Shown one piece after another: positions 30,018 to 39,113 of a stretch of 64,000 nucleotides of DNA. The position numbers were made by a program, and so were the translations under genes. The stretch lies in the NCBI GenBank assembly GCA_046318495.1, contig JBKCUI010000344.1, positions 1,600 through 65,599 of the forward strand, written 5' to 3'. Within the stretch, counting starts at the first letter, position 1. Each line of letters begins with the position of its first letter. The notes below the pieces were generated by a model, which was not told the origin of the DNA, ran no database searches, and worked only from the letters and a program-made list of their open reading frames with translations. The DNA comes from Pirellula sp. Its GTDB lineage: Bacteria; Planctomycetota; Planctomycetia; Pirellulales; Pirellulaceae.

Positions 30018-30887
30018 TTACCAAGGCCGCGAGGTGATGAGGCCTTCTTCAGGACTGCTCGCCGTGGCGTACAGTCGCTTGGGGATGCGTCCTGCGAGGT
30101 AGGCTTGGCGTCCCGCGATCGCTGCATGCTTGATCGCGCTGGCCATGGTAACCGGTTGACGCGCGTGGGCGATGGCCGTGTTGAGCAACACTCCATCGGC
30201 TCCCAATTCAAACGCCATGGCGACATCGCTGGCCGTGCCCACCCCCGCATCCACGATCACCGGGTACGCAGGATCATCTCCCTTTAAGTATTCGAGAATG
30301 ATCTGCAAGTTATTGGGGTTGAGGATCCCCTGGCCGCTTCCGATGGGGGAACCGGCCGGCATGACGCTGGCCGCGCCGGCCGCTTTCAATCGCACGGCCA
30401 TGATGGGGCAATCGCTGGTGTAACAGAGCACGTGAAACCCGTCTTCGACAAGTCGATGGCACGCTTCGAGCGTTGCGATCGGATCGGGCAGCAGCGTTTT
30501 AGTATCGCCGAGGACTTCCAGCTTGACCCAATCGGCTCCGGGGTTGCCCAGCGATTGCAAGATCTCTCGCCCCATGCGGGCGACGCGCACCGCATCGGTG
30601 GCGTTGAAGCATCCAGCCGTGTTGGGGAGGAGCGTGACCTTTTCCCAATCGATGAAGTCGAGCAGATTCTTGCCATCGCGATGGTAGAGCTTCTCACGTC
30701 GCACGGCGACCGTAACACAATCGGCACCGCTAGCCGCAATCGAATCGCGCATCAGTTCAAGCGTGTCGTATTTGCCTGTGCCGACGATGATGCGGCTGCT
30801 GAGGACTTTGCCCGCAACCGACAAACATCCATCGTCCGGTTCGGACTGCGAAGAAGCATCCGAAGAGGGAGTAGGTTGCGCTGCCAT
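30018..30887 (-). CDS. thiG: Thiazole synthase
   Basis: [36 protein letters not shown] and GVLLNTAIA motifs. Confidence 0.97.
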   Translation of the reverse strand: MAAQPTPSSDASSQSEPDDGCLSVAGKVLSSRIIVGTGKYDTLELMRDSIAASGADCVTVAVRREKLYHRDGKNLLDFIDWEKVTLLPNTAGCFNATDAVRVARMGREILQSLGNPGADWVKLEVLGDTKTLLPDPIATLEACHRLVEDGFHVLCYTSDCPIMAVRLKAAGAASVMPAGSPIGSGQGILNPNNLQIILEYLKGDDPAYPVIVDAGVGTASDVAMAFELGADGVLLNTAIAHARQPVTMASAIKHAAIAGRQAYLAGRIPKRLYATASSPEEGLITSRPW

Positions 30888-31090
30888 CACCCACCACCCA
30901 CGAGCGTGACCACTTCGATGCGATCGCCTTCTTGCACGCGCCGCGATCCATATTGGGGCTTGGGCAGGATCTCCAGGTTCACTTCCACGGCACAGAAACG
31001 AGGCTCCACGCCTGCTTTGTGAAGCAAATCCAAGATCGTGGTCGACTCCTCAACCTGTTGGACCTGACCATTAAACTCAATCGACGCCAT
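30887..31090 (-). CDS. thiS: Thiamine biosynthesis sulfur carrier protein
   Basis: Ubiquitin-like size with [19 protein letters not shown]-terminus. Overlaps the thiG start. Confidence 0.95.
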   Translation of the reverse strand: MASIEFNGQVQQVEESTTILDLLHKAGVEPRFCAVEVNLEILPKPQYGSRRVQEGDRIEVVTLVGGG

Positions 31091-31326
31091 GCTCGGCACC
31101 ACCAAGGCCGGGAAGAATTTGAACTAGAAACAGGGACGTTGCAAACCGGCCGCGATCCGCATGCGATTGCGCGATCGGTTCTGTTTACCATGGTAGAGGA
31201 TTTGCGCGTTCTCGGTAGTCATACCGACCGCGTCCCCCAGCAATCCCAGCCTAAAGCCCTACGAAATCGCCTGAATCGGCGCAGCGCCGCTGCGGTGGAC
31301 AAGATGCCGGCGGACCTGGGTAACGG

Positions 31327-33810
31327 CTACCGCGGGCGAGAAGAGATTTGGCCACCGGATATCCGGACCCCGTCGCTGCCAGGCACTGCGGTCGCGGCGG
31401 GCTCGCTCATCGGCGATGGCAGCAACGGTGGCAACGGTCTGGGCTGCGAAGCGCTGGGCATCGGCGCGGGGATGGGTCCCACCGCTGGCACGACCGCCGC
31501 ATCGCTGGTTTCGATTCCGGAAACGGTGATCACACCACCATGTGCGTGCGAGGGGAACAGCGGATGGCCTCCAGGACCATTTGCAGATCCATCCGCGTTG
31601 GCCCCAGGAGCTCGCATCGGACCGGGTTCGCCGCGACCTTGTTTGGTAGCCCCCCACGGGGTCTTCAGTTTCAGCGGATAGATTTTGGGGAGCGACGAAC
31701 CCAGTTGTCCTCCTCCCACCCAATGCCGCGAACCGACTCGCGACTTCACCAAGTGGTAGGGCGTGGCCGGCGGTTGATGTTCGGGGAAACGCCATGTTTC
31801 GGGGACTTCGAGGCACGAGGCGATATCGGGGCGCTGGCAAGCTTCATGCAGATGCTCGACCAAGATGCGTCGCACTTCGAGGATCGTGCGGGGCTGTGTG
31901 TGGATCGACGAGTGCCCCGCCGAGACGACGATCTCGCTTTCGACGTCGTCCATGTGGGAGCTGGAAACATCCACCACTCCGTCGGACTCGCTGTCTTCGC
32001 TTTGGAACCACCGGGTCTTGTCGAGGATGCCGATGATGTTGTGGTAGCGCACCCAGGACGCCCGGCGAGCCCGAAGCATAGCCGGAAAGATAGGAGAGTC
32101 GGGACTGAGCGAATCGATACTGGTTTTGGTGACCAAGAGCCCGGTATCTCGAAACACTCCGGGATTCTGACGGATGAGCGAATTGCCCATCTCGGTCAGG
32201 CTGGTTGGCAACGTGATGAGTTTGCGTCCAAGCCACTGGGTGTAGTCGTTGGAGTAGTCGCTGCCGCGATGGGGCGTGCCGATGGTGATCACGCGCTGGA
32301 TCGAGGGGTTGGGGTGAAAGAAGAGTGCCGATTCGAGCTTTTCTTTTTCTTCGGGTTTGGCTTGGATCTTTTCAAACGGTTCATCGCTTAGGATGCGCCA
32401 AAACTCGTCGCCGCTCTCAAGCGTCTGCATGCGCGACACCAATCCCCCCATGGAGTGCCCTACGAGAACCATCTGATTGAGCAATGCGTGTTGACCTTGC
32501 GGGTCGAGGTTTTGTTTGAGTTCTTGCAAATCGCTTCGCATTTGGGCCGAGCTGACCCAAAAGGGCTGTCCGGTCGGATATTGATAGAACCAGAATTGGT
32601 AGTTCTTGCGCAGTTCGCGGAACGATCGAAGGTCGTTGAACATCGGCATCCAAGTCAGCGGGCTGGACCACAGCCCGTGCACCATCACCACCGGGATGCG
32701 ATTAGGATCGTAAGGCTCGAGCATGTAGATGCCCCGGAGCTTTTCGGTTTTGTTCGGGTCGACCAATCCGATCCAACTATCGGTCTGCTGCCGGAATTTG
32801 GGATTGTCGAGGAAGTAGGCCAGGGGAGTGCTCAAGTCGGACTGCAGCGGGACCAAGCGCGAGTTGAGTTCGACGTCGGTCGACGAAAGGGGATCGTGCA
32901 GTTCTAGAACGCATGGATGTCGATGGTGGTCTTCGCGACGCGAATGGACATTGGGAGTGGTCACTCGCAAGATCGCTGTGACGGGAAACGACAGGCCTTC
33001 GGGGTAGTACTTGCTCCCCCGTTCGTTGGGGTCTTGGTTGTTGCGGACCGCGATCATGGGAACGCCGATACCGTAGGTGACGTTGACCGCATCGAGCAGT
33101 TTGACTTGGTATTCACTGCAAAACTTCAGTTCGCCAAAGTCCTCATCGCGCCAAGGCCCCCGCGTGACGACTTGCACTTCGTGCTGTTGTTCTTGGGTGC
33201 TGATGCGATAGCTGTGACCGGGGCGCAAGTTTCCTTCGCGACTGACCAGTTTCAGCGTCGATTCGAGAGCGACGTTGTACAGATCGCAAGCTCCCCGAAA
33301 CTGGGGATCGTAGGGATTGCGGGTACCATCGAGTTCGGGGCTGAAAAGGTAGAGGTAGGCATTCGCGACGGCGACGGTGTACCAATCGAGCGCCTTGCCC
33401 ATCGACCGTTCGGATTCGTAGCGTTTGCCGACGATGTAAGCCAGTTCTGCGATGGCATAGACTTTCTCGGCTCCCTTCTCGTCGGTGGCGAGTTCTTGGA
33501 GCATGTCGAGGGCGGTTTCGGGATCCCGCTTGTAGACGTCCAAGACATCGTAGTGCCGCAGCAGCGTCATGGTCCTGGCGGTGGGCTGCGGGCCTTCGCG
33601 GTTCTTGAAATTTAGCGATTCGGCGAGCGGGTTCACCGGAGCGGTGCGCTGCACGACGTAGCGTTGGCTGGCGCATCCCATCCAGCAAACCATGCCAAGA
33701 ACGATCCACAGCCACAGGAGTCGATGCGTGGACGACCACGGATGCCCAGCAGCGGCCGCATAGCTGCGGCGAGCGTTTGTGGAGGGTGGGCAGGAGAAGT
33801 CCATCGGCAA
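31327..33810 (-). CDS. Putative lipoprotein alpha/beta hydrolase (esterase/lipase) with Pro-rich C-terminal tail
   Basis: Lipobox-like MGC, VHGLWSS, GHSMGG nucleophile elbow, GTPHRGS, SDGVV and HSSIH. Confidence 0.85.
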   Translation of the reverse strand: MPMDFSCPPSTNARRSYAAAAGHPWSSTHRLLWLWIVLGMVCWMGCASQRYVVQRTAPVNPLAESLNFKNREGPQPTARTMTLLRHYDVLDVYKRDPETALDMLQELATDEKGAEKVYAIAELAYIVGKRYESERSMGKALDWYTVAVANAYLYLFSPELDGTRNPYDPQFRGACDLYNVALESTLKLVSREGNLRPGHSYRISTQEQQHEVQVVTRGPWRDEDFGELKFCSEYQVKLLDAVNVTYGIGVPMIAVRNNQDPNERGSKYYPEGLSFPVTAILRVTTPNVHSRREDHHRHPCVLELHDPLSSTDVELNSRLVPLQSDLSTPLAYFLDNPKFRQQTDSWIGLVDPNKTEKLRGIYMLEPYDPNRIPVVMVHGLWSSPLTWMPMFNDLRSFRELRKNYQFWFYQYPTGQPFWVSSAQMRSDLQELKQNLDPQGQHALLNQMVLVGHSMGGLVSRMQTLESGDEFWRILSDEPFEKIQAKPEEKEKLESALFFHPNPSIQRVITIGTPHRGSDYSNDYTQWLGRKLITLPTSLTEMGNSLIRQNPGVFRDTGLLVTKTSIDSLSPDSPIFPAMLRARRASWVRYHNIIGILDKTRWFQSEDSESDGVVDVSSSHMDDVESEIVVSAGHSSIHTQPRTILEVRRILVEHLHEACQRPDIASCLEVPETWRFPEHQPPATPYHLVKSRVGSRHWVGGGQLGSSLPKIYPLKLKTPWGATKQGRGEPGPMRAPGANADGSANGPGGHPLFPSHAHGGVITVSGIETSDAAVVPAVGPIPAPMPSASQPRPLPPLLPSPMSEPAATAVPGSDGVRISGGQISSRPR

Positions 33811-34034
33811 CCAATTGGGGAGCGACTCGAGGATGAGCGGCCACCTCGCAGGAGGACGAGGACCGTGCTGTGGGTAATATCAGTTCGCGGCCCTTGGGGA
33901 CAATGGCATCTGCAGAACGCTTGGCAAAGCGCGCAATTTGGGTAGACAGGAGTGGAACTCGATTGCATGCAAAGCGTCGTGCATGCACGGGGCGGCGATT
34001 TCCCGGCCAGCCAACGCACGCAGTGTGCAAGCAA

Positions 34035-34131
34035 TCCTAGCGGAACGGCGTAAGCCGTCCGGTGACACGGCGGCAACACATCATCGAGTCCCTTAACGCC
34101 ACACCGGAGGCCTTACGGCCTGCCGCTAGGA
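34035..34131. repeat. 97-bp REP-doublet/MITE-like element, copy 2 (inverted relative to copy 1)
   Basis: TCCTAGCGG...CCGCTAGGA perfect 9-bp terminal inverted repeats, with internal GTAA-loop hairpins. Confidence 0.85.
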
Positions 34132-34133
34132 TC

Positions 34134-34171
34134 GACGGAACGACGGACGGAACGACGGACGGAACGACGGA
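34134..34171. repeat. Three perfect 12-bp tandem repeats (GACGGAACGACG)
   Basis: Read directly, immediately after repeat copy 2. Confidence 0.85.
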
Positions 34172-34262
34172 AGCGCGGGCGTCCCGCCCGCAGTGCGAAC
34201 TCGCTCAATACTCCCCTTGAACAGCCACCATGCAGCTTGCCAGCATCGAACCGTGAGCACCG

Positions 34263-35240
34263 TTACTTGCCTCGGTTGTTCCGTGTAGTCATCACGAAGA
34301 AAAAGATCGCGAGGAACAACAACGGCCACAGGCACATGCATAGCGCCCCAAAGAACTGGGAAATGATACTCGGCCGCGCTACGGGCGGCGGCACGCTGTT
34401 CACCAACCCACCACCCCCAGTCGAATACGGATTGTTGGGTGTAGGCGGGGCGCCGGACGCCGCTGCGTTGGAAGCAACACTTCCCACGGGCTGATTGTCC
34501 ACCGTCGCTAAGGCCTTCACGATCTCCGCCGAATCCAACTCATCGAGCGCATGCAACAACTCAAAGTCGGCTTCGCTCGCGATCGGATCCTCGTTGCTGC
34601 TCTCCGCCAAAATCTCTACCAACGCGTTTGCCAACGCGTCCGTATCATCCGCGCGTCGGTATCGATGCACCTTCGTCGCCAACGCATGGTCCTCGCGCAT
34701 GTCGACCCCAATCGCATCCACCACCAACCCGCGCGACAAGATATCGGGCAAATACGCATCCAACACCGCTTGATCGGACGCTTGCCCATCCGTCACGACG
34801 ATCAACCGATACGTGCCATACACCTTCTTGGCCCGCTCCGCCAACAACGCATCGGCCGCGACCCGCATCGATTCCCCCAAAGGAGTCCCACCCGCAGGCT
34901 CAAAGCGCCGCAGTGCATCGACCGCCGCGACCTTGTTCACCGGACCCATCGGCACCAACCAGCCCCCTTGCGGTCGGGCACCGTTGAGCAAGTAAATCCC
35001 CAGCGTCGCATCGCGAGGAAACTGCTGCAAAACCGTCGTCAACGCCCTCTTCGCAGCATCGATGCGTCGCAATCCGCCGCGCCGCATACGCTCCTTCATC
35101 GATCCGGAATCGTCGAACACGATGACCACCGTATCCGATTTGGATCGCAACCCGTCCTCGACCGCTCGCGATGCCGCTGGAGTCCCCAACGCTACGCTCA
35201 CCGCCAGAACCACCGCCCCCAACCAGCGACCAAGCGCCAT
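34263..35240 (-). CDS. Exported vWA domain protein with C-terminal TM anchor
   Basis: Signal peptide, MIDAS DDSGSM, GGTPL, VVTDG, Pro-rich linker and hydrophobic C-terminus. Confidence 0.9.
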   Translation of the reverse strand: MALGRWLGAVVLAVSVALGTPAASRAVEDGLRSKSDTVVIVFDDSGSMKERMRRGGLRRIDAAKRALTTVLQQFPRDATLGIYLLNGARPQGGWLVPMGPVNKVAAVDALRRFEPAGGTPLGESMRVAADALLAERAKKVYGTYRLIVVTDGQASDQAVLDAYLPDILSRGLVVDAIGVDMREDHALATKVHRYRRADDTDALANALVEILAESSNEDPIASEADFELLHALDELDSAEIVKALATVDNQPVGSVASNAAASGAPPTPNNPYSTGGGGLVNSVPPPVARPSIISQFFGALCMCLWPLLFLAIFFFVMTTRNNRGK

Positions 35241-35253
35241 GTGTCGAACCCTC

Positions 35254-37116
35254 TTAGAAATTGAAGTCGGTCGGCGCCAACGCCTCGGGATTCACCTTCA
35301 CAATACGAAACTCCACACGCATGTTCTCCTTGGCCTCATCCATGTTGCGAGGCTTGGGAATCACCGGTTCCATGATGCCGGCTCCTACCGGGACAATCTG
35401 GGACAAATCCACGTTGATCCCCGACTCCGAAGCATACTTTTCCAGCGACTTCTTCACGGCCTCAGCCCGCGATAACGACAGCGTCAACGCCGCTTGCATG
35501 GTGACCACAGGATCGACCGAACCACCTCCAAGCGCCCCGGCCTTGATCAATTCCACCACCTCTTTGGTGCGGCTCAGATCCAACGGTTTGCCATTCATGA
35601 AGTAGCGATAGTTGCCGGGTGTGCCATTCTGTTGAATCAATCCCTTTGCCGTACCCGCCTTCACCAAATCCATCAGCGTCTTGGTCGGGTCCGCATGGCC
35701 GCGAATCACCACCCTCGCATTGCCGAACTGGCTGGCTTGCTTCAACGCCCGCAAAAACTCCGCACCATAACGATCGGCGGAAAAGTTCTGTTCGTTGGGC
35801 TCGAAGTTGATCGAGAAACTCACAATGGTGTTGGCATCGAGATTCTCTCCCAGAAACATGTCGGTCGTTTCGCCCGCCACATTGAATCGCTCGACATTGG
35901 TCGGCTCCACATACGGCACCCCGGCCATTTCGGCCAAGCTCTTGTAATCGAAGTCGTTGGGCTCAAACCCCGCGCGGGCCTTGGCATACTTCCACTGCGT
36001 GGCCAGATTGATCGAACGGGTCATGACTTCTTCAAAACCGCTCGCATTCGACTTCTGCTTGAAGAATGCGATCTGGCCAGGCAACCCGACAAAAGAACAA
36101 TCGAGCAGCAATCCGTGCACGTCCCCTTCCAGCGTCGGCAACACTTCCTTGCCATAGATGCGCTGCGACATGCTTAGCAATTGCTCGTACTCCTTGCTGA
36201 GCTTGCCCGATTCGGCAAAGGCTTTCCGCATGGCGACGACGTTTTCGGTGGCCTTCAGATACCCGGCCACAAATTTGCGGACCCATTCCTTGTTGGCGTC
36301 GTACCAATCGCGTCGAACCGCATACACGTCCGCGATCGATCGGCTCATTTGCACGGTGCTGTTGATCACGCGCGCCCCTGCCACCGTTCCTTCGGCCCCG
36401 GTCCCCTCGGCTTCCAATCCACTGGTCAATCCGATCATGTCGGGGGTCACCACGCAGCACGCGTCGATGGATGGATCTTTGCGAAACGCTTCCGCTGGAC
36501 CGTCAGGACCGGTGATGTCCTTGGTCCACACGATCTCCACATCGGCTCGATTCAATCCCGCCGCAGCCAACGAATCATAGAGAAGTCCCACGTGCGGGCC
36601 TCCTTGCTGACAAGCGACCTTCTTCCCCTTGAAGTCGTTGAGGTTCTTGAGGCTCTTGCGCGCGACGATGTGATCCCCAGCGCTCCAAGACATTTGCAAG
36701 ATGATCACGGGTTTGGTCCGCGGATCGGCTGCCAGCGTCTCTCCAGCCAACCCGATCATGTGCATGGTGCCTCGCAAGAACGGCGACTTGCCGCTCATGT
36801 AATCGCGGACTTGCCCGACGAAATCATCCCCGGGCTTGAGTTCGATATCGAGCCCAGACGTTTGATAGATCGAGCCTCGCTTGGTCTTCAAATCGCCGTT
36901 GGCCATGAACGTCGCGATGTCGCCTCCCCACAAAATGTAGGGAACGGAAACGGTTGTCGATTTGGAGACGGGTTGGACGCCGATCGGCCCGACCAACTCA
37001 GAGAAAAGCTCTTGGGCATGGGCAGATGGGCCGCACCACGCGCTGGCCACGAGGAACCACGCAAAGAGCAACCTCGCCGCAACCATTCCACGCCATCGAT
37101 TCACACAAGCCAACAT
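35254..37116 (-). CDS. Periplasmic substrate-binding (NMT1/SsuA-like) domain fused to an OmpA-like peptidoglycan-binding domain
   Basis: Signal peptide and SWSAGDHIVAR/KKVACQQG binding-protein segment. C-terminal INFE..VVIRGHAD..LSLSRAEAVK..NMRVEF OmpA motifs. Confidence 0.8.
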   Translation of the reverse strand: MLACVNRWRGMVAARLLFAWFLVASAWCGPSAHAQELFSELVGPIGVQPVSKSTTVSVPYILWGGDIATFMANGDLKTKRGSIYQTSGLDIELKPGDDFVGQVRDYMSGKSPFLRGTMHMIGLAGETLAADPRTKPVIILQMSWSAGDHIVARKSLKNLNDFKGKKVACQQGGPHVGLLYDSLAAAGLNRADVEIVWTKDITGPDGPAEAFRKDPSIDACCVVTPDMIGLTSGLEAEGTGAEGTVAGARVINSTVQMSRSIADVYAVRRDWYDANKEWVRKFVAGYLKATENVVAMRKAFAESGKLSKEYEQLLSMSQRIYGKEVLPTLEGDVHGLLLDCSFVGLPGQIAFFKQKSNASGFEEVMTRSINLATQWKYAKARAGFEPNDFDYKSLAEMAGVPYVEPTNVERFNVAGETTDMFLGENLDANTIVSFSINFEPNEQNFSADRYGAEFLRALKQASQFGNARVVIRGHADPTKTLMDLVKAGTAKGLIQQNGTPGNYRYFMNGKPLDLSRTKEVVELIKAGALGGGSVDPVVTMQAALTLSLSRAEAVKKSLEKYASESGINVDLSQIVPVGAGIMEPVIPKPRNMDEAKENMRVEFRIVKVNPEALAPTDFNF

Positions 37117-37213
37117 GTTTTGAAGTTTCCCTGGAAAAATAGGTTCGCGGAGGACCATGAATCTCGCGCCCAGGCGGCCAAATACCGCCGGTTCGCGCCT
37201 ACAATCGCCAACC

Positions 37214-39016
37214 TTATCGAATGCCCATTGCTTCGAGTTGGCGGATTTCGTCTTCCATCTGGGCGCGCTCAGCATCGGAAATATCCGGATTGGGCATCAA
37301 GGAGCGACGCGTGCAGTTGACCAACGCTTGCAACGTCTGATAACGCCGCGTTTGCTTGATGGCCGGTTGCAAGAAGTCCCGCACGATGGCCTTCACCTCG
37401 TCGGCGTCCTTGGGCGGGATGGCTTTGAATTGGCTGCGCAACGCCGAATACCCGGCCGACGAGAAATCCTCTTCGAGCCCCTCGCGATCGAGCCACTGCA
37501 CCAGCTCCTCGTCCTGGATCTTGGTCGGCCCCAACATCCAGCGGATGAACTCCAACCGGTCTTCGCCGATCGGATCCAGCACGGGAATGATCAGATCGCC
37601 CACCCGTCCCGGACGGCGAATGTCGGGCGAGAGCAAGTGAATCCGAGCGGTCATCAACAACCAAATGACGCGACCGCGAAGCTTGGGCTCGCTCATCATG
37701 GCTTGGATCTTGCCCGTGAGCCGGCGTTCCGTTTCATGCGCTCCTTCGCCGACGCTGCCAAACTGCGTATCGGCTTCGTCGACAAAGATGACGACCTTTT
37801 CGAGGGCCTCGAGCACGCGGCGCAATCGCTCAAAGATGACGTCGGTTTGACCAAACCATTGGCTTCGGATGTTCTTGAGCACCAGCACTGGGATATCTAG
37901 TTCGGCAGCCACGGCTTCAAAAATAAAGGTCTTGCCTCCACCGATGGGACCCGCGATGGCCGCCCCGGGCAAGGCGCGATCGTCGGGCAGCTTCATGCGC
38001 GGAATCATGTAGGTCTCGAGAAACTCCTTGAGCTTGCGAAACCCGATCACATCTTTGAGGGTCTGCACAGGCTTCTTGAACTCGATGACATCTTCACCTA
38101 GTTGCGACTGAATGAAATCTTCGACTTGGGCGGTGGTGTCTTGCCTTTGGATCGGGGACTTGGAATAGTCCGACGCCAGCAGCAACTGCCGCATGGCATG
38201 GATCGAGAGTCCGGCGGTGGCATCGGCGACCACATCGAGCCCATCGAGGATGGCTTGATTGCCGCTCTTGGCGGCATGCCATTGAGCATAGTGTTTGCGG
38301 CCTTGCAAGTCGGGGGACGGGATGTCGACCGAGAGCAACTGCGGCAGTCGCGCGACGCGAGGATGGATCAAGCTGCGCGATTCGGCCAGCAAGATCACGT
38401 TGTCTTTGCCATTGAAGAAGGCGGGGTCACCGAACCAATCGGTCACGATGGTGATGCGTCGCAACTGCGCATCGTTGAGCCGAGCCACATCGCCATCTCC
38501 GGCCGGGAGCATGATGTCGGCACCTTCGATCAAAACCAACAAGTTGTCCTTGAGCGTATTGCGAGAGCAGATGGTCAACTGTCGCAGGAACTCGAGCGCT
38601 TGCGTCGCATTGCCGATGGCATCGCGCAAGTACTGATCGAATTCGCGGCGGCGCAAATCGAACTTGCTGCCATCCTGCAACACCTCGCGCGTGGCGACCG
38701 TATCGATGCTGACGCCGTTCTTCCAAGCGGTCCAAGCCTCTCGCAGTTTGTTGCGATCGTCGTCGCTGAGTCGAATGGGGCCGTTGAGTTCGTAGACGAC
38801 TTGGACCAACCCGGGGATCTTGGTCTTGCTCTGCAAAAATTGAATCAACGGCACGTACTCTTTGCCGTCGTAGTACAAGTCATAGATGTTTCCCGAGACC
38901 ACGATAGCGCGCGACTGGCCCGAGTTGATAATCCGCGCGATCTGCGAAAAGAACGGATAGGAAGCGGCCGGCACATCGGTGGTCGGCAGTTGAACGTCGG
39001 TTTGTTGATTGCTCAT
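37214..39016 (-). CDS. AAA+ ATPase (degenerate N-terminal module plus active C-terminal module)
   Basis: Walker A GPIGGGKT, Walker B VIFVDEAD and RRPGRV arginine-finger region. Confidence 0.88.
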   Translation of the reverse strand: MSNQQTDVQLPTTDVPAASYPFFSQIARIINSGQSRAIVVSGNIYDLYYDGKEYVPLIQFLQSKTKIPGLVQVVYELNGPIRLSDDDRNKLREAWTAWKNGVSIDTVATREVLQDGSKFDLRRREFDQYLRDAIGNATQALEFLRQLTICSRNTLKDNLLVLIEGADIMLPAGDGDVARLNDAQLRRITIVTDWFGDPAFFNGKDNVILLAESRSLIHPRVARLPQLLSVDIPSPDLQGRKHYAQWHAAKSGNQAILDGLDVVADATAGLSIHAMRQLLLASDYSKSPIQRQDTTAQVEDFIQSQLGEDVIEFKKPVQTLKDVIGFRKLKEFLETYMIPRMKLPDDRALPGAAIAGPIGGGKTFIFEAVAAELDIPVLVLKNIRSQWFGQTDVIFERLRRVLEALEKVVIFVDEADTQFGSVGEGAHETERRLTGKIQAMMSEPKLRGRVIWLLMTARIHLLSPDIRRPGRVGDLIIPVLDPIGEDRLEFIRWMLGPTKIQDEELVQWLDREGLEEDFSSAGYSALRSQFKAIPPKDADEVKAIVRDFLQPAIKQTRRYQTLQALVNCTRRSLMPNPDISDAERAQMEDEIRQLEAMGIR

Positions 39017-39113
39017 GAAGCTTCGATGGCACGCATCGTCGAGAGAAGGCGTAAAGAAAACGTTCGCACGCCCTCGTAGACGATCGCAACGGAGGATTCT
39101 TCCCCGCAGGCGA

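Noticed and set aside
31091-31326. Possible TPP riboswitch upstream of thiS-thiG
   Set aside because: The minus strand lacks the conserved CTGAGA and downstream core motifs; only CCGAGA is present.
34134-34171. Short tandem repeats (also 19288-19349) as a possible CRISPR array
   Set aside because: The units are 12-14 bp and contiguous, with no spacers and no cas genes.
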